Made by a program: the position numbers and the translations under genes | Source: Thermoplasmata archaeon | GTDB lineage: Archaea > Thermoplasmatota > Thermoplasmata > Lutacidiplasmatales > UBA184 | Direction of reading: 5' to 3' | NCBI GenBank assembly: GCA_030037815.1 | Contig: JASHPZ010000062.1 | Coordinates: 1 to 63,052 of the forward strand | DNA: 63,052 nt | In this document: piece after piece, positions 62,583 through 63,052 of the stretch | Position numbering within the stretch: position 1 is the stretch's first letter | Layout of the letters: every line of letters begins with the position of its first letter | The notes under the pieces: generated by a model | What the model saw: the letters and a program-made list of their open reading frames with translations, nothing else | Told to the model about the DNA's origin: nothing | Database searches by the model: none

Positions 62583-63052
62583 CGAGCGGCGACCGCGCGG
62601 AGTCGCCCCCGCCCGACGAGGCGCCCCCGGCGGACGAGGAGTACGCGCGACGGTACGCCGAAGGGTACGGGGAGGGGCTCAGGAGCGCGCTCCGCGAGGT
62701 CCTCTCGCACACGACCCGCGGCCACACCGCGCAGGAGCTCCGGATCCTGGTCGAGAGCCGGCTCGCGCGGGTCGCGGAGGAGGTCGAGCTCAAGCGGCGA
62801 AGCCTCCTCGCGCCGCCGCGCCGACCGGCGTGGAACGCCCTCCTGCGGCACCCGGCCGCGACCGGTGCCCGGCCGTGGAACCCGCCGGTCCCCGGACCGA
62901 CCCCGCCCCTCCTCGTTCCGGGGAAGAGCCTCCTCGTCCGCGAGGAGCGTCCGCGGCGCGCGCTCGAGCTCCTCGCGGAGCTCGCCGCCGACTACCCGCG
63001 GGTCGCGATCGTGTCGGCCCACCCGCCCGAGCTCGCCGGCGTCCCGCCCGAG
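62579..63052 (+). CDS. Hypothetical protein, 5' part only (DUF835-like C-terminal segment begins before the window end)
   Basis: The GTG at 62579 overlaps the DUF35 TGA (GTGA). The frame stays open to the window edge: VTSGDRAESPPPDE...EYARRYAEGYGEGLRSALREVL...LVPGKSLLVREERPRRALELLAELAADYPRVAIVSAHPPE. GC3 bias is good. It is absent from the track because no stop lies in the window. Confidence 0.5.
   Translation, partial: MTSGDRAESPPPDEAPPADEEYARRYAEGYGEGLRSALREVLSHTTRGHTAQELRILVESRLARVAEEVELKRRSLLAPPRRPAWNALLRHPAATGARPWNPPVPGPTPPLLVPGKSLLVREERPRRALELLAELAADYPRVAIVSAHPPELAGVPPE

Noticed and set aside
1-63052. A search by eye for CRISPR arrays, rRNA genes, transposases/integrases, prophage or toxin-antitoxin-like modules, and long direct or tandem nucleotide repeats.
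   Set aside because: I found none. The only repetition is at the protein-domain level inside the aglB extension. Neither tRNA gene is flanked by an integrase or a duplicated tRNA 3' segment.

Overview
This is a very GC-rich archaeal chromosomal segment (GC judged by eye, not computed). Archaeal hallmarks include topoisomerase VI A/B, the AglB/STT3 oligosaccharyltransferase, aEF-1beta, eL41, an Sm-like protein, TiaS, a RaSEA-type radical SAM protein and a CTP-dependent riboflavin kinase. Also present are the HMG-CoA synthase/thiolase/DUF35 mevalonate module and a geranylgeranyl reductase plus polyprenyl synthase pair. I call about 70 protein genes, densely packed on both strands. Many are joined by 4-nt ATGA/GTGA stop-start overlaps. 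AT-rich TATA-like hexamers often sit about 25-30 nt upstream of start codons, which suggests leaderless mRNAs. I read two tRNA genes by hand, tRNA-His(GTG) and tRNA-Ala(GGC), and both appear to carry an intron at the same non-canonical T-loop position. I saw no rRNA, CRISPR array, transposase or integrase. Most of the long ORFs in the supplied track are Arg/Gly/Pro-rich antisense or out-of-frame shadows of real genes, as expected at this GC content, and I rejected them. The most interesting observations are listed here. (1) A 2205-aa AglB has a normal catalytic core fused to a ~1300-aa repeat-rich, sequon-dense surface domain with its own C-terminal anchor, and it is stop-start coupled to a second sequon-rich anchored protein. 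(2) A six-gene translationally coupled operon joins a LeuA-like/LeuC/LeuD/LeuB-like 2-oxoacid elongation set to a second thiolase/DUF35 pair, and it lies divergent from a 2-oxoacid:ferredoxin oxidoreductase. (3) The two tRNAs carry T-loop introns. (4) TiaS has a conserved N-terminus with no canonical in-frame start codon, and it is in frame with the TAG stop of the upstream gene. (5) Several small zinc-ribbon ORFs and an eL41 gene fall below the ORF-track size cutoff. All family calls come from motif recognition by eye. No database search was run.
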